Shown: piece after piece, positions 1 to 13,503 of the stretch | How the letters are laid out: the number at the start of each line of letters is the position of its first letter | How positions within the stretch are numbered: position 1 is the first letter of the stretch | DNA from: the human T2T-CHM13v2.0 reference genome, Homo sapiens | Direction: 5' to 3' (one strand) | NCBI RefSeq assembly: GCF_009914755.1 | Contig: NC_060932.1 | Length of the DNA stretch: 64,000 nt | Position numbers and translations under genes: made by a program | Notes under the pieces: model-generated | The model's input: only the letters and a program-made list of their open reading frames with translations | The model's database searches: none | What the model was told of the DNA's origin: nothing

Positions 1-440
1 ACATTACATAAAATTTACCATTTTAGCAGTTTTTAAGCATACAGTTCAGCGGCATTAAGTGTGTGTATATTACTGTGCACCCATCACCACCAGTCATCTC
101 CAGAACCTCTTCATTGTCCCAAACTGAAACTCATACCACCTTAAACACTGAGTCCCCATTCCTCCTCCCCACCAGCCCCTGGTAATTATCATTCTACTTT
201 CTGTCTCTACGAGTTTGACTACTCATGTAAGTGCCTTATGTAAGTGGGTGCCTCATGTAAGTGGAGATATATATTTGTCCTTTTGTAGCTAGCTTATTTC
301 ACTTTGCATAATGTCTTCAGGGTTCATCCATGCTGAATATGTGTGAGAATTTCCCTCCTTTTTAGGGCTGAATAATATTCTATTGCATGTATAGATCACA
401 CGTTGTTTGTCTGTTCGTCTATCAGTGGACATTTGGGTTA
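1..440 (-). mobile_element. Old L1 (L1MB-like) 3' end fragment
   Basis: Resembles the reverse complement of the L1M 3'UTR (acataaaatttaccatttta...cttatttcactttgcataatgtcttcagggttcatccatg...ggctgaataatattctattg). Boundaries approximate. Confidence 0.75.
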
Positions 441-510
441 TGAAACTAGATCTTTTTTTAAAGTGTTGCTTAACTGTATCAATCCATAGTTTTATTTTTA
501 TTTATTCCAG

Positions 511-695
511 TTCTTGATGACCACCACAATCCTCGCTTAATCAAAGATCTTCTGCAAGACCTAAGCTCTACCCTCTGCATTCTTATTAGAGGAGTAGGGA
601 AGTCTGTATTAGTGGGAAACATCAATATTTGGATTTGCCGATTAGAAACTATTCTCGCCTGGCAACAACAGCTACAGGATCTTCAGATGACTAAG
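511..695 (+). CDS. FBXO25: FBXO25 (F-box only protein 25) internal coding exon
   Basis: Acceptor tttattccag|, donor AAG|gtataa. 185 nt: 2 nt completing a split codon plus 61 codons, (V)LDDHHNPRLIKDLLQDLSSTLCILIRGVGKSVLVGNINIWICRLETILAWQQQLQDLQMTK, typical of the FBXO25/FBXO32 family. Not in the ORF track. Confidence 0.95.
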
Positions 696-3053
696 GTATA
701 AATATCTCGGCATAAGAGTTATTACACTCTGTTTTTATATTACAGAAGTTATCTTTTCTAAGCATACATGAAAGACTGCTATAGCTTTTTGAAAGATTTT
801 CTAATGCTTTCATAAGTATTCATTAAATTGTTTTAAAATAGAAAAGGACCAAAGACCCCAATGGCTTATAGTTGCTGTTGGAAAGACAGTGGGAATAGCA
901 ATCATCAAACCAGGCTGATCCTATGGGTGATTAGATGTAAATAAATTTACCTTCATGGGAAACTGAATATTTCAGTTATTAGAATAACATTCAGTAAATT
1001 AAGGCTAAATTGTGTTGCCAGTAATTCTCTCTTTATTTAGTTGTTGCTTCTCCCAAGTTAGTAACTTTTTGTCTTCTTCCTTGCTGTCTTTTTTGGGGAT
1101 GTGTTTATAGTTCTTAGCAACAGTGAACAAGGCCAAAAGAAGGTGCAAATCATGTCAGTTTTTTTGATATTTTTTCTTTATTCTGGTAACTAGTTTCAAC
1201 AAGAATAATGTTAACACCATTGCCCCGAGTATTTAGATAGTGTTTTATTTAACTCTAGTACTCATAAGAAAAAGAATAAACCGAAGATATATCTTAGCGG
1301 TGTGCCTTACGTAGCCTTGGTGGTATAAATGATTCTGCAGATTGCACTGCTAAGATCCTAGTTACCTTTTATCACAGCACCCCAGTTTTCACATAAAGGA
1401 ATGGTTTTCAAGTGCCCTTTGAATGCCTTAACTTTTGGCTGTTTATTTGCCATCTAAATATGGGATTTACAAAAAGAGTGATGATTGCCTAGTTATGAGT
1501 CTGAAATTATCCTTAATAATGTAACATTCAGCGTCAGTAAGAGTTAAGCAAGTTTGTTATAAACGTTGGATTCTTTGTTCTGTTGTTGTCTTGGTGTGAC
1601 CCTACAGTCATTCAAAGCTTTGCACAGGCTGGCTCTTCGCTGCCTCTTTTACTGCGTTCCCCATGCATACATAGGTGGGTTGTGCTAAAAGTCCATCTGT
1701 AAGACACTTATGCATGGCATGGGGCTTGCTGTAGAAGTCCTAACATGAGTGGCGAGGCCACATGGCCAAAGTCCCCTTTCTCCTGATGAGGCAGATCCGT
1801 GCTAGTGATGTTCAGCAGGTGACCTTCTGGGGAGAGAATAGGGTGTGTCCTTGTCCATGGTGGGTTTTCATGGTCAGGATCCCAAGGAAGGGGGTGTTTG
1901 GGAAAGGCCAAACACCAGACCAGGAAGCAGCCTTTCTCGTCTGGCTGGGAAGTTCCAGGTAGGATTAGTGGCTCTGCATTCTTTGGAGAGAGATGTGGAG
2001 CCAGTGGAGAGATGTGCACCGGTGGAGACAACAGCGAAGCTCCAAGGATTGGGCCACACCTCACCAAGAGGAGAGAAAGGAGAAAGCAAGGGACAAGCTT
2101 GCATCTTTGACTGGGTGGGCCGAGACAGAGCAGGAAGGCATGGCTGTATGCTGAGCTTCCTTCTGGATCTTCTTTCCATTCATACTACCTGGGAGAGGCA
2201 CGGGCTGAGGGATAATAGTGCATGTGGCCCCAGCTTGCCCCACTCAGTGCTGACCATAGCCAGTGAAGGAAGACACTCTGCTTTTGGCCCGGGATGGTTC
2301 TTACAGCCCTGGTAGGCAGAGCACACTTACGTGGCAATACCTCTCTGCCTCAGCACAGAAGGATAGGTGTTACTGTAGTGCCATTTTGATCAAGTGGGAA
2401 AAATAAGGTACAAAAATGAAATTAATGTTTAATCTTTGGGGAATAAGAAAGCGCTGATGATAACACAAAGGTGCCAGTTTTCGTCATGTCCACTCAAATC
2501 TTACCATCAGAGACCTTGAACTTGTTTCTTCTCTTTCATTAGTGGTTGCATGCTGCCTGGCATCTCTTCACCTGAGTCCCTGGGTGCTCTCTGGAGCACG
2601 CAGCTTGGCATGTGCCTCTGTGAGGATCTTGGCTTCTGGACCCTGTGCCCTGCTTCTAGCCTCGAGGAGGGTCAGGTTCCCTTGTAGGAGTTGGCCAGAG
2701 GAGTTTTACCTCTCTGGGAATGTTACTTGAAACCAGTAGAAAGAGCACTTTACCAGCTCAGTTAACTGAGCTGCATTTGTAGATGCCGGACTCAGTCAGC
2801 CAAATTGGTCTAAGGCTGCTTAAGGTAAAGACCTGGTCTCCTGACCTGCTGGCTGATGCTGGATTGCTGCCTCCCGCTTATTCACGTGAATTTTGAGGTG
2901 ACTCAAGCAGATGGGGTTAGAACAGAGCAGCTGAGAGCCTTCCCGGATCCCTGAGAGTGGAAGTCCAAGCACACCGCCTGAAGTTCCGCCATGTCAGCCT
3001 CAGGATATAGGGCCAGCTTTCTCCAGTGAGCTGACAGTTGTCTTTGTCTTCTA

Positions 3054-3408
<355 letters not shown>

Positions 3409-3855
3409 TCATAGTCCCAAAAGTAAGCAGAAATTTAGTATATATTTGTGTTGTAAAGTTCCTAAGAACATCAGAAATTTTTTTTCTTGTGAAACAAATA
3501 TACTTTGCTGTTTAAGCTGCATTTGAAGATATGGCAGTGCTAATGAATTGGAAGTGCTTTCATGTGCACATCTCTGTGACTCAGTGAGAGCAGGCACACA
3601 GGTATGTGTTCACATGCTTCCTCACCCCGTCAGCACTTCCTAGATGCCCCCATGTGCTCGCTGGGCCCATCATGAGGTGGGACACATGGATCAGCAGGCG
3701 TAGCCTTTAGCATGGGGCCTCCGAGGGACCCAGGGAGATGAGCACATGATGTGTCACAGAACTCAGTGGGGTGTTATAACAGATATGCACACAGGGCTGT
3801 TGACATTACATTGGTTCACAAGTGATGTGATGTTTTAGGTGGAGCTTAAAGAATG

Positions 3856-4214
<359 letters not shown>

Positions 4215-4749
4215 TTAACAACTGGCTCTCCAGGGGCAAGAGGTTTGATTTGTAGCCTTTGTCAGCTTCCCACTATGACTGACTTCAAGCCACCAACAAA
4301 AAGTAAACTGGCTAACGAAATTCCCAGAAGTTGCAGAATTGACTCCTGTGAGAAGGTATGGGAACTTCCGCATCCAGGGGCTAATAAAGTGTGTTATGCC
4401 AAATGTGTGGACTGCTTGGAGGAAGGTGCAGGGGATTAGGACCAGACTCAGGGCTTTGTGGGCATTGCAGAGCCTTTGCTGCTCTCTGCCAAGGGTCATT
4501 GAAAGGTCCTTGTTTAGAGGTCCCCTTCAGTGCCAGGCAGGGACCAGCCAGGTTGGAGGGAAGTAAACCCTCATTGCATTCATGAGCAGTGACAGTGAAA
4601 TGGGAAGAATGAACTTGGGGATACTTGAGCAAAAGAGTAGACTGGTGACTTTGAAGTGGGTGCGAGGGAAGGAAGAATTGAGGGAGACTTCAGTGACTCA
4701 CCACATATTGAGGGGATGGGCCTCCCATGGAGAAGGGCAGAGCAGTTGG

Positions 4750-4875
4750 GAACACGGACTTGGGGCCAGGCAGACTGGGCTCGAGGCTGGACCTCGATCT
4801 TGGGCAAGCCAGTCAACTCATCTGTATCTCTGTTTTTTTTCTGTGTAAAATAGAATGATAATAGCAACACAAGTT
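4750..4875 (+). mobile_element. MIR fragment
   Basis: tcttgggcaagccagtcaactcatctgtatctctgttttttttctgtgtaaaatagaatgataatagc resembles the MIR core. Confidence 0.55.
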
Positions 4876-5454
4876 TCTGTTAGCAGAAGTGCTTCCACAG
4901 AGAAGTGGGAATCATTGACAGTTGCATGCAATAGCTGAGAGTATCCTAAAGCAAGAGAAGCAGCAGCATCGTTTCTTCCTTCCAGTGCAGTGTAGGTGTG
5001 AGAGATTTCATGATGGCAGAGAGCATGTAGCTAATCAGTGGAGGAAGTGCAGCAAAAAACGCAGCAGGATTTCTGACATGTTCAGCAAGACTTTTGTGCC
5101 TTGTCACATTTCGAGATTTCGTTTGGATGAGAAGTGCTGGCATTTCTGCGACACCCTCTTGTTATAGCCATTAACAGGGATGTAAAACTGGACTCTGCCA
5201 GAAATCCCAAATGCTGAGTTGTCACACCAGACTCTATAACTCTACTAATCCGGGATTTTTTTTCTTCGTACTACCTTCATACCACCACTTCATGCTACCT
5301 TTAAAGTTTGTAATTTTAGCAGCAGAATATTTGTAAACTACTGTCTGCTACAGAAATTTTTCTCAGTAGGAATTAGAATGAAGCACCTGGAAGACATAAT
5401 TCTTGTGAGAGTGTTAGACTTTTAGTTAGGGGTTAATTTACTTGCACATTATCT

Positions 5455-5627
5455 TTTTGTTTTGTTTTGTTTTTGTCTTTGAGATAGGGTCTTGCTCTGT
5501 TGCCCAGGCTGGAGTGCAGTGGTTCAGTCATAGCTCACTGCAGCCTTTAACTCCTGGGCTCAGGTGATCCTCCCACCTCAGCCTCCTGGGTGGCTGGGAT
5601 TATAGGCGTGAGCCACCCGGCCTGGCC
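5455..5627 (-). mobile_element. Alu monomer (FRAM/FAM-like)
   Basis: Single-arm Alu in reverse orientation with a (T/GTTTT) tail. Confidence 0.85.
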
Positions 5628-6789
5628 ATATTCTCTTTTCTATGTGCTCTCTGCCATATGCTAGACGATAAAGATGGAAGGATGGGCTAAGACTTGAATC
5701 AAACATTCGTCAGTAATGAGCAAAGACGTTTACTGAGAGCCTGCGGGGACCATGCTGGCTGCTGGGGAAGTGATGTCTCTTGGACTCTGCAGCTCCATAG
5801 CCTACAACAGGGCTGACATCTGCCCTATGCGTGGGTCCCATCAGCTGTAGGAGCAAAAAACGTGTGTACAGACAGGGCAGGACAGCACACTAGTGCAGTC
5901 CATGAAAGCTTCATGTCCAGAATGTTAGAGCACTTCACAAACTGTCAAGCAGTGTTGAGGCCCCACTCGTGTCTGGCAGATGCATAGGATGCTTGAGGTG
6001 AAGTGGCTTGGAGTGCATCACTGGCGGTCCATGCTCGTGCTGCCCACTGGGATGCATGAGAAGGGCCCTGCAGCAGTTTCCATTCTGAAGTCCCAGGAAG
6101 GTGCTTCCATAGCGAGGACATTATAGGGGAGCAGGAGAAGAAAGTGGGGTGTCAAGGCACGGGTGCCCCAGTCACCTCTCCCTACGCTCCACTCTCCACA
6201 GAGGTCAGGTGATTTCGAGAACCAAACTCATGGAATTAGCTCAGTCTAGCCAAAAATAGATGGTCACTGTGCTTTGTGTGCAGTAGGATTATAGAAAGCC
6301 ACGACACATCAGAAGGAAGCTAGCTCTCCTTGTGGCCAAGTACATACATCGACCTATTGGGAACAAAAGGAAAACACAAATCAGAAGCTCGCAGGTGAGC
6401 ACACGACAGAAGCGCCACCCCAGACTGGGGTCAGGAGCTGAGGCGGGACCAGGTAGCCTCTGTCCCGCCCAAACAGCCAGAACCCCACTGTCAGGAAGAC
6501 GTGTTTCTAGTGAGAATGAAGGGATTTATTTAGATACAACTGAGCCCTGAAAAGTCTGAAAGAGTTTGAGCTCAAACCCAATCCAGGGCTGTCTCAGGTC
6601 AACCTCAGAGCAGAGTTTAGTTTTTGAACTGATTCAGCCCACTTCTTGGGGCCAAGGACAGCCACCCTTCCTCAGCCTGGCACGTGCACACACATGTATC
6701 TTCTGAGGGCAGATGCATTGCATTTACTCTCTGGCGTGTGTGAGGGAGAAATGGTTTGTAAACTTGAAGTCATAGAAATGTAAAGCTGG

Positions 6790-7088
6790 AAGGTGGGGGG
6801 ATGTTGGATGGAGGGTGAAAGGTTTCTGTAGTGCAGGAGGAGTCCATTGTGGAGGTTGTCTACACAGCATGATGACTGCAGTTAATAATTATACATCCTT
6901 TACTTCAAATTTGCTAAGAGTAGATCTTACATGTTCTCACCACAAAAATAAAAGGATTATGACTTGAGGTGATGGACAGTGAGCTGGGCTGTGGCCATCG
7001 GTTCATAACGCATACAAGCACAGAACACCACATGCTGCCAATGTAGACAGATTGCATTTATCAGTTACACCTCAATAAAGAAAAAAAC
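6790..7088 (+). mobile_element. Old L1M 3' end
   Basis: aaatttgctaagagtagatcttacatgttctcaccacaaaa...cacctcaataaagaaaaaaa matches an L1M 3' terminus with its poly(A) signal. Confidence 0.7.
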
Positions 7089-7621
7089 CCCACAAAGCTA
7101 GAAGGAGCTTTGCAGACGATGTGGTCAACCTCCCTCATCACTGGGGTGACCAGCTGTGACCCATAAAGGCCTAGGGGCTGTCCAGGCCACCCAGTGGTGT
7201 GGCACAGGCCCTGCCCCCTGCTGGTGATGGGTGTCATGTTGCCCTCATGGTGCATTGGATTCATCTAGGCAGCAGCGCCGCGTCCACAGACGCTGCCCTT
7301 CTCCAGGTGCGTCTTGATGCAGTAGAGGAGTACTGACCTCCTGATGCTGACGCACACCTGTCGCATGGGGAGGTGCAGCAGTAGGGCCTCACCCAGGAAC
7401 AGCCTGGTTCTGTCACGCTGTGCAGCCCTCTCTTGCTCTCCTCCTCCAGCCTTCCCCACGGTGGTGGATGCAGGCCCCTTGACACCTTGCGACGCATGAC
7501 ATGGAGAGCTCTTTTTGTGTTACCATGTTTTGAAGCATTCATTCCAGCTTGACTCTTCAGTTACTGTGTGAACAAACATTGGCCATCTTCTCAGTGAGTT
7601 GCTGTTGTGTTTTCCTTTCAG

Positions 7622-7804
7622 CAAGTGAACAATGGCCTCACCCTCAGTGACCTTCCTCTGCACATGCTGAACAACATCCTATACCGGTTCTCAGACGGAT
7701 GGGACATCATCACCTTAGGCCAGGTGACCCCCACGTTGTATATGCTTAGTGAAGACAGACAGCTGTGGAAGAAGCTTTGTCAGTACCATTTTGCTGAAAA
7801 GCAG
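7622..7804 (+). CDS. FBXO25: FBXO25 coding exon containing the F-box domain
   Basis: tttcctttcag| acceptor, CAG|gtgagt donor. 183 nt, phase 0/0: QVNNGLTLSDLPLHMLNNILYRFSDGWDIITLGQVTPTLYMLSEDRQLWKKLC..., with the F-box signature LSDLP...I. Confidence 0.97.
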
Positions 7805-10518
7805 GTGAGTGGGATGCAGCAGTCTCCCCTCAGGCTGGGAGTTTATAGACTCTGCCTGGGGGCCATACCCTATAAACTCACCTGGAGAGAAAGAATGGCT
7901 GAGTATTTTCTACTTTTAAAGAACCAGGAACAATCAGAGTTTATTGAGATTGCTGTGGGTTCTCTCCTATAGAATGTAAGGTTTATTTTTCATATTGAAT
8001 AGAACCATGACTCTAAAAATAACCCAAAACTGAACAGCAAAGCAAGAACTGAGTTCTTTTCTCTCCTGTTGATAACGAGGTGCATAGAGTCCCTGGCTCA
8101 CTGCCTTTTCTCCTGATTTGATGAATCAGATTCCAGTTCTTTTGACCAAGCTGCACATCCTTGAAAAGTCAGGTGCCCTCTGTGTGCCTCAGTCTCTCAG
8201 CACTCGGTAGCTGCCGCTCCTGAGTGTCCACAGCCCCTCCCCCCTGCCTTGTGTGCTGCACTTGGGAGTGCACGTGGGGCAGCAGAAGGTGTGTTCTGCT
8301 GTCACTCCTTGAGGCCTTTGCAGGGTGGTCTGCTTATTCCTCATCCACGATGAGACCCTGTGGTCCCTGTTCCTGGGCCTCTGCAGAAACTGGGGGTTCC
8401 CCTCGTCACCCCACAGATGTCCAAGGCACCTGCTCTGCACAGGGCTGGTCGCAGCCAGAGAAGGCAGGTGGCTGGAGGGAGGCATGTTGTGCTCCTCGTG
8501 GGGTGTGATTTGAACTGTGGTCAGCACCTTGAAGACCTAGGATGGGACTGGGTGCCTTTCATGAGGAGCATAGCCTACCCTTGGAATGCAGGGCAGTCGA
8601 CAGGGCCTAGGCAGAGAGCCGGACCCTAGCATGGGGAGGGTGCTGTGTGTTTGGTGGATAGTGAGGAAGCACGGCAGAGGCCGAGCTACACTAAGAATCC
8701 TTGTCTGTGTCCTGTGAGCTCAGGGGAGCCAGCAAAGCACATGGAATTGCAGCTTTCAGAAGAGCCTCTGTTCTTGTTTGAGGACTAGGCTGGAGTGGAT
8801 ACAAGAGGATCCATGAGGATCCTGCCTCAGGAAAATAAGAGTTATGGGCAAGGAAGTGCACAAGGGCAACAGGGAAGACATCAGAAGATGACCCCGATGG
8901 GATGGGGGCTGCCACAGGAAGGGGCTGGCCTGAACATGGGCCTCACGGAGTGTGTCTGAGAGGTATGTGGAGCTAGGGCCTAGACAGATGCATATGGAGA
9001 GGACAGGAGGCAACGGGATCAGCCTGGGCAGGGCCTCAGGGCACCAACCCCAATGTTGAGGGATAGAATGAGGTGCCCCAGAACCTGGGGGGAGCTGGAC
9101 TCTCAAGGCCATGGACAGAGAGATTAATAGGACAAAGAAAAGCCTGTGAGATTTAGCCGAGCAGAGGTTATGGATGCCTTGGGGAAAACTCTCTCAAGTG
9201 GACTTGTTCGGGAGAAGCAAAAGAATTCCAGTATTAATTTGAGTAGGAGAACAGTAGATTGAATTTTAAGTCAGCATTGGGCATGGGGGAGGGGGTGGAT
9301 AGAATTTTGTGGGGAGGATTTAGATCCTAGGAAAAGAGGTAAATGAAGGTTGCCTGGGATGAGCCCTCTGCCTCCCAGTTTGCCCTGGGACACTCCCTAT
9401 CACGTGCAGGCCCGAGCTGTTCCCAAAAGGCGTTAATGAGAGTGCCTGGCAGGTGTTTATACATCTAGACCCTAAACATACTTAAGGATGTCTTTTGGCC
9501 ATTTCTGTGGTCATTGCCATTCTTAAAAGAGTTGCTTTAAATAAGTTAAATGTCTGTTCTGCACCCACATCCTAGAATAGTTAAGTTGCAATTAGCACCT
9601 GCAGGTGCATCTCATTTGTACACATTTTCTTAACTGAATCATAAAAACACAGCATCAGAAAATAATGATCTGTTCTTCAGGCCTCAGTAACTAACATTAA
9701 GGCCCTGAAAAAAAAAGCATATTAGAAATAGCTTTTATGAGAAAGCTTAGATAAGGAAGCATCCTCAAAGTAAAAACTAGATACCTGAGAAAACTGGACT
9801 GGTTCAAGATAATATGGAAGGAAAAGTCAGCTAAATGCTCTTGACTGGAGCATCTGGTGGGATGTTGCATTTGAGTTCAGAAAAATCACAGACGGTTATT
9901 CAGGAGGAAAACCATGGGAGGGGATTCTCCCGTGAACACTGGTGTCACACACAGTCAGTGAGAAGTAGGAATGAGACAACAAACGGTTGTTTTTAGTCTC
10001 TAGGAACTATTGTTTTAACAGTACCTGCCTGGAGGACAGAGAAATTAATATTAAATATGAACAGGCTGATAACGACTTTTTATTTTGCAAGTAGTCTTCT
10101 TTTCAAATTTTATTAGAAACAAGATTTCCTCATTGACTCCACGATAATTTCCAGAGTCCTCAAAAGCCGTGACTGAAGTATGAGTATGTTATACAAGTGA
10201 TTGTTTTTAGCTTTGAAAAGTAAAACATGCTCATTGCAGCAACAGCCATAAAGACTAGTACAGTGTTGTACAAACAAGTTAAAAGGCCCCCACCCCAAGG
10301 CAGCCCTGTTACTCCTTTAGCCCGTGCATTTTGTTTTTTGTTTCAGGCTTTTGTATGCACTCAAACATACACATTAATTTCGCTAGCTCTGCACTGGTCA
10401 TTTTCAAAACTGTAATTGAAAGTCACTCTGTAATACTGATGTTTTTGGTAACACCTTTATTAAGATACCCTCCACTTTATGCAGCCATCACTACAGTCGA
10501 TGTTAGGATATTGGCATC

Positions 10519-10876
10519 TGTATTAGTCCATTCTCCGCTGCCAATAAAAGACATACCCGAGACTGGGTAATTTTTAAAGAAAAAGAGATTTAATGGACTC
10601 ACAGTTTGATGTGGCTGGGGAGGCCTCACAATCCTGGTGGAAGGCAAAGGAGGAGCAAAGTCACATCCTACATGGCAGCAGGCAAGAGAGCATGTGCAGG
10701 GGAACTGCCCTTTATAAAATCATCAGATCTTGTGAGACTTATTCACTATCACAAAAACAGCATGGGAAAGACTTGCCCCCATGATTCAGTTACCTCCCAC
10801 CGGGTCCCTCCCACGGCACATGGGAATTATGGGAACTACAATTCAAGATTTGGCGGGGGACACAGCTAAAACATCA
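10519..10876 (-). mobile_element. THE1-family MaLR solo LTR
   Basis: TG...CA termini, THE1-type sequence, and a perfect 5-bp TSD gcatc (10514-10518 and 10877-10881). Confidence 0.92.
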
Positions 10877-10879
10877 GCA

Positions 10880-11660
10880 TCACCTCAGGAAAAACAAAAC
10901 AAAACAAAACATGCCCTTCAGCTGCCATTCCTAGCCCCAGGCAACCCCTAATCGACTTTCTGTCTCTGTGTTTCCCTGTTCTGGATGTGTAATGTAAGAG
11001 GAATCTATGGCATTTCTCATCTTGTGACTGGCTTCTTACCCTTTGCATGATGTCCTTACGGCTCCATGTTGTAGAATAAATCAGAGCTTCGTTCAAGACT
11101 GAATAATATCCCCCTCTATGTATATCCACTTTTTGTTTATCCATTCATCAGTTGATTGACATTTAGTTTGTTTGATAAAAGTTTGTGGCTTTTACAAATA
11201 ATGCTGCCATGAACATGTTCGAGTTTGTGTGTAGATGCATGTTTTCATTTCTCTTGGTTATAAACCTAGGAGTAGAATGGCTGAGTCATATGGTGGATTC
11301 TGTTTAACTTTTTGAGGAATTGCCAGACTGTTTGCAAAGTGGCTGCACCATTTCACATTCCCCCAGCAGTGTGTGAGGTCTCTTGATTCTCCACCCCTCC
11401 CCAGTGCTTCTCATTATTTCACTTTTTGATTAAAGCCATTCTAGTGGGCAGGAAGTGGGTCTCATTCCATTTCCCTGATGACTGGATTCTAGAGCATCTT
11501 TTCATGAGGTTATCGTCCATTTCTGAGACTTATTTAGATAAATGTCTTTGCATGTCCTTTGACCATTTTTTAAACTGGGTTATTTGTCTTTTTATTATTG
11601 AGTTGTAAGTGTTCTTTATCTATTCTAGATATAAGTCTGTTATCACATATGATGTGTGTA
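10880..11660 (-). mobile_element. Old L1M fragment interrupted by the THE1 LTR
   Basis: Reverse L1M 3' region motifs (aactttttgaggaattgccagactg...ggctgcaccatttcacattccccc). Boundaries approximate. Confidence 0.75.
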
Positions 11661-11849
11661 GCTTAATTTAATAATACATTATGGACATTATTCTGGATTG
11701 GAGTATTTAAGTCTGTTTAACAGCTGCTTGGTATTCCATTATACAGGCATAACACAATTTATTTGATTTGTCACTTATTGATTTAACCCAAGTGAGTTTA
11801 ATTTCAAATAATTGTTTTATGTACTACACTGCCTTTGAAAAATAATTTC

Positions 11850-12185
11850 AGATAGACCTGGAGGCCATTATTCTAAGTAAAATAACTTAGGAATGGAAAA
11901 CCAAATATCATATGTTCTCAGTTATAAGTGGGAGGTAAGCTACGGGTACACAAAGGCATTCAGAGAGGTATAATACACATTGGAGACTCAGAAGAGGGAA
12001 GGGTAGGAGGAGGGTGAGGGATGAAACACTACATGTTGGGTCACTGCATACTTCTCCAGTGACGGGAGCACAAAAATCCCAGACTTCAGCACTGTACAAT
12101 TCATCCATGTAACCAAAACCCACTTGTAACCCTAAAGCTATTGAAGTTTAAAAAAAGAAATTAAAAACTAAAATAAAATGAAAAA
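11850..12185 (+). mobile_element. L1PB-like 3' end
   Basis: ctggaggccattattctaagt...gttctcagttataagtgggag...catccatgtaaccaaaacccacttgta followed by an A-rich tail. Confidence 0.8.
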
Positions 12186-12254
12186 GTTTTACACCTAATA
12201 TTATGTTTTGAAAGTCATCTTATGCGGATTCTGAATGGAGTTTTGTTTGTTTAG

Positions 12255-12398
12255 TTTTGTAGACATTTGATCCTTTCAGAAAAAGGTCATATTGAATGGA
12301 AGTTGATGTACTTTGCACTTCAGAAACATTACCCAGCGAAGGAGCAGTACGGAGACACACTGCATTTCTGTCGGCACTGCAGCATTCTCTTTTGGAAG
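12255..12398 (+). CDS. FBXO25: FBXO25 coding exon
   Basis: tttgtttag| acceptor, AAG|gtactg donor. 144 nt, phase 0/0: FCRHLILSEKGHIEWKLMYFALQKHYPAKEQYGDTLHFCRHCSILFWK. Not in the ORF track. Confidence 0.96.
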
Positions 12399-13065
12399 GT
12401 ACTGATTTAAATGCACTCTTGGAATTTCAGGATTAAATTTCGGTGAAACAAACTAATCACCTATATTTTAAGTATAAGACTAAAAAGCGGAAAATACTGT
12501 TTGTTATAAGTAAGTTAAGGAGATATATTTTACCAGATATTGGGGTAGGGGAACAGATGTTCATTCAATGTGTAGCTTAAACCAGAAACGCTGAAAACCA
12601 AAATGCTTCTCCTTTTTGCAGAAGTTAGCATGCAGGAGGGCGTTGCAGGCGGATTGCAGCCTGTGACCTTTCCTGGCAGCAGCTCCAGATTCCCTGCTGG
12701 CCCCCAGCCTGAGGTTGAAGGCTGGAGTGTGACCCCTCTGCCCATCTGAGGACAAGTGCACCTTCCTCGTTTCCCCAGACTCAGCCCTCGGCCCTTTATG
12801 TCCCCACCGACTCTGCAGGGCCAGGACCAGCTTAGGCTTCATTTCTCAAAGCCACATTCTTAGAAAAAAAGTGTCCATAGAGAAGTCCTAGATTTTAAAA
12901 TCTGCATTTTTCTCATTCATATGATCAGAACTTAACAAGACTATCGTTACTTATCTGCAAGTCTCATCCCTTCATCCAGTTACTTCCTGTTCTCACCATC
13001 CAGACTGTGTGTCTAAATAGAATGTTTTTCACAGTCAGAGAGGTAACTGCTTATTTCTTTGTTGT

Positions 13066-13503
13066 CTTTTTTCTTTTTTGAAATAGGGTCTCGCTCTGTC
13101 ACCCAGGCTGGAGTGCAGTGGCGTCATCACGGCTCACTGCAGCCTCTACCTCCTGCCTCTCAAGTAGCTGGGACTACAGGCAGGTGCTACCACACCCAGC
13201 TAATTCACTTCTTTTTGTTTGTTTGTTTTTTTGAAACAGCATCTTGCTCTGTCACCCAGGCAGTTATGGGTGCAGTGGCGCAATTATGGCTCACTTCAGC
13301 CCCGACTTCTGGGCTCAAGTGATTCTCCCACCTCAGCCTCCTGAGTAGCTGGGACCAGCTGATTTTGTTTGTTTGTTTTTGGTAGAGACAGGGTTTCACC
13401 GTGTTACCCATGGCTGGTCTCAAAACTCCCAAGCTCAAGCAATATCTATGTGCCCCAGCTTTCCAAAGTGCTGGGATTACAGGCGTGAGCCATGGCACCC
13501 GGC
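13066..13503 (-). mobile_element. AluJ-like element with an extra right arm (three monomers)
   Basis: Two successive right-arm starts (ttttgaaatagggtctcgctctgtcacccagg at about 13076; ttttgaaacagcatcttgctctgtcacccagg at about 13229), then a left arm ending near 13503. Confidence 0.85.

Noticed and set aside
222-265. Triple atgtaagtg repeat
   Set aside because: Small slippage duplication inside an old L1 with no sign of function.
7607-7972. 121-aa ORF as a standalone gene
   Set aside because: Only 7622-7804 is exonic FBXO25; the remainder is intronic read-through past canonical splice sites.
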